In this document: positions 62,597-64,000 of the stretch, piece after piece
Position numbering within the stretch: the stretch's first letter is position 1
Layout: each line of letters starts with the position of its first letter
Source: Curvularia clavata
Taxonomy: Eukaryota
NCBI GenBank assembly: GCA_023920165.1
Contig: CP089274.1
Location: 806,001-870,000 of the forward strand
Reading direction: 5' to 3'
Length of the DNA stretch: 64,000 nucleotides
The notes under the pieces: model-generated
What the model was told of the DNA's origin: nothing
Database searches by the model: none
The model's input: only the letters and a program-made list of their open reading frames with translations
Made by a program: the position numbers and the translations under genes

Positions 62597-64000
62597 GCTG
62601 GCGCGCGGCGACGAGAGGACTTTGGGAGCGGACAGGCAGAGGCTGGTTGCGAGGTTTGCTGGGGAGACAGGAAAGGTATGCTCGAGTCGGTCGAGGTTGC
62701 TCGAAAGACGGCGATCGCCGCGCTTGTTGGCTGGGCGGGACCGTTTACCGGGAGATCCTGGGCGAAGAAACCGGAAGCGATTGCGGCGGTGGAGCTTGAA
62801 TGCAAGGGGATCCTCAGGTGGGCGGCGGCGGCAGTAGTGCAAGACTCTGTAGCAGCAGCAAAGTCGGACTCGGAGGCAGGCAGGCAGGCAGACAGCAAAA
62901 GCTTCGCGGGGACGCGTCGCCTCCTGGAGCAAAAGGTAATGTATTTGGTGCCGCGAGCATAGGCGCTGGCGGCGGGCTGGTGGTGCCCCTGGCTCACCCG
63001 CGTTGAATGGACGGCACACTGTCGAAGCGCTAGCAGGGCAGCAATAAACCCTCGAGCATGGCTCGACCGGACCGGTCGACTACTGCGAGCAGCTTGCAAC
63101 TCTACCGAACCCTCGTCGCCCTCTAGTTGCCCCCGACTATTCTTACTTTGCTTTACTTTGCCTCGCTCCACGCAGCGCCGCCAGCCTCGGCCGCCGAATC
63201 TTCCATACATACAGCCAATGGTGAAACCACGCCTGGCGGGCGGGCTGCAGGGTCTCGGCTGCGTCACTGCATCGGAACATGGGCGCACGCGATGTGTTCC
63301 CTTCGCAGCATAGTCACTCGTTCGTGCCTGGGCCATGTATCGTTCGTTGCAGGGTGCGACCCCAGTACCGCCGAATTGCGCGCGCTGCTGCTTGCAGTCA
63401 AGCCCTCTGCCCTCGGCCGCGTGCCCCTTTGGGCTCGCCGCCCCTGACTCATGATCCCTCCCCTACATCGGGGAGACGCGGGCGGCACGACTCTGATACC
63501 GTGGCCGCGGGTTGCGGCTCGGCAAATCCGCAAACCTATCTGAGCGCTCTCCTGCCTGTGCCTGTGCCTGTGCCCTCCAACGCACCCACGGCATCATCAG
63601 CCTGGTCCTGGCATATTGCACATGTGCCTGTGCAATATCACCACGGCTGCCCAGGCAGCCCATCAACACGCTGCCTGCCCAAGGCTCCCATTGTGCTCCT
63701 CGCCTGTTTTCACGCTTGCGAGCACTAGCCCTAGCTGCACGCGGGGCCGGTTCCTGTGCCGTCACTGACTAATGGCCTCTCGCTTTCTTTCGGCCCGAGT
63801 CAGGCTCATCCCAACCTCCGAGCCGAATCAATCAATGGCCATGCTGCCTCGACATGCCCATGAGCATGCCTGGCCACCAATCTCGCTCCCTCAGGGGCCT
63901 TGCAGTCGGGTCTTCCACCCGCGCCTGGCCCTACTACTACCGTCTCCATCTCCGCGGTCGCGGTGCACCCAGTCCAACACTGACCAAATCTTAACCTGAC

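Noticed and set aside
62326..63336. 336-aa alternative-frame ORF overlapping URC4 exon 1 and promoter
   Set aside because: GC-rich, A/S/R/P-rich low-information translation; the URC4 frame explains the region.

Overview
Gene-dense stretch of a filamentous ascomycete nuclear genome (short GT-AG introns with CTAAC-type branch sites; Dothideomycete/Pleosporales is my inference). It holds about 22 protein-coding genes, mostly housekeeping or secretory: chromodomain/Hda2-3-like, CHERP-like CID protein, YIH1, TLG1, METTL25-like, S41 peptidase, GH72, SGT1, HypA/questin oxidase, DUF1996, AIM6-like, YPQ, MPO1, sugar porter, GTR1 and URC4. The notable part is a ~7.8-kb accessory island between the GH72 gene and SGT1 (24973-32742). 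It is bounded by degenerate ~200-230-bp inverted repeats, and the left one begins TA|CAGTG (Tc1/mariner-like). Inside are an intact 8-exon SesB-hydrolase/NB-ARC/TPR NLR gene, a nested intact Fot1/pogo transposon, and an inverted, stop-containing relic of a paralogous TPR repeat. The island lies head-to-head with SGT1, the NLR co-chaperone of plants and animals. All gene models and alignments were read by eye; no database searches were run.
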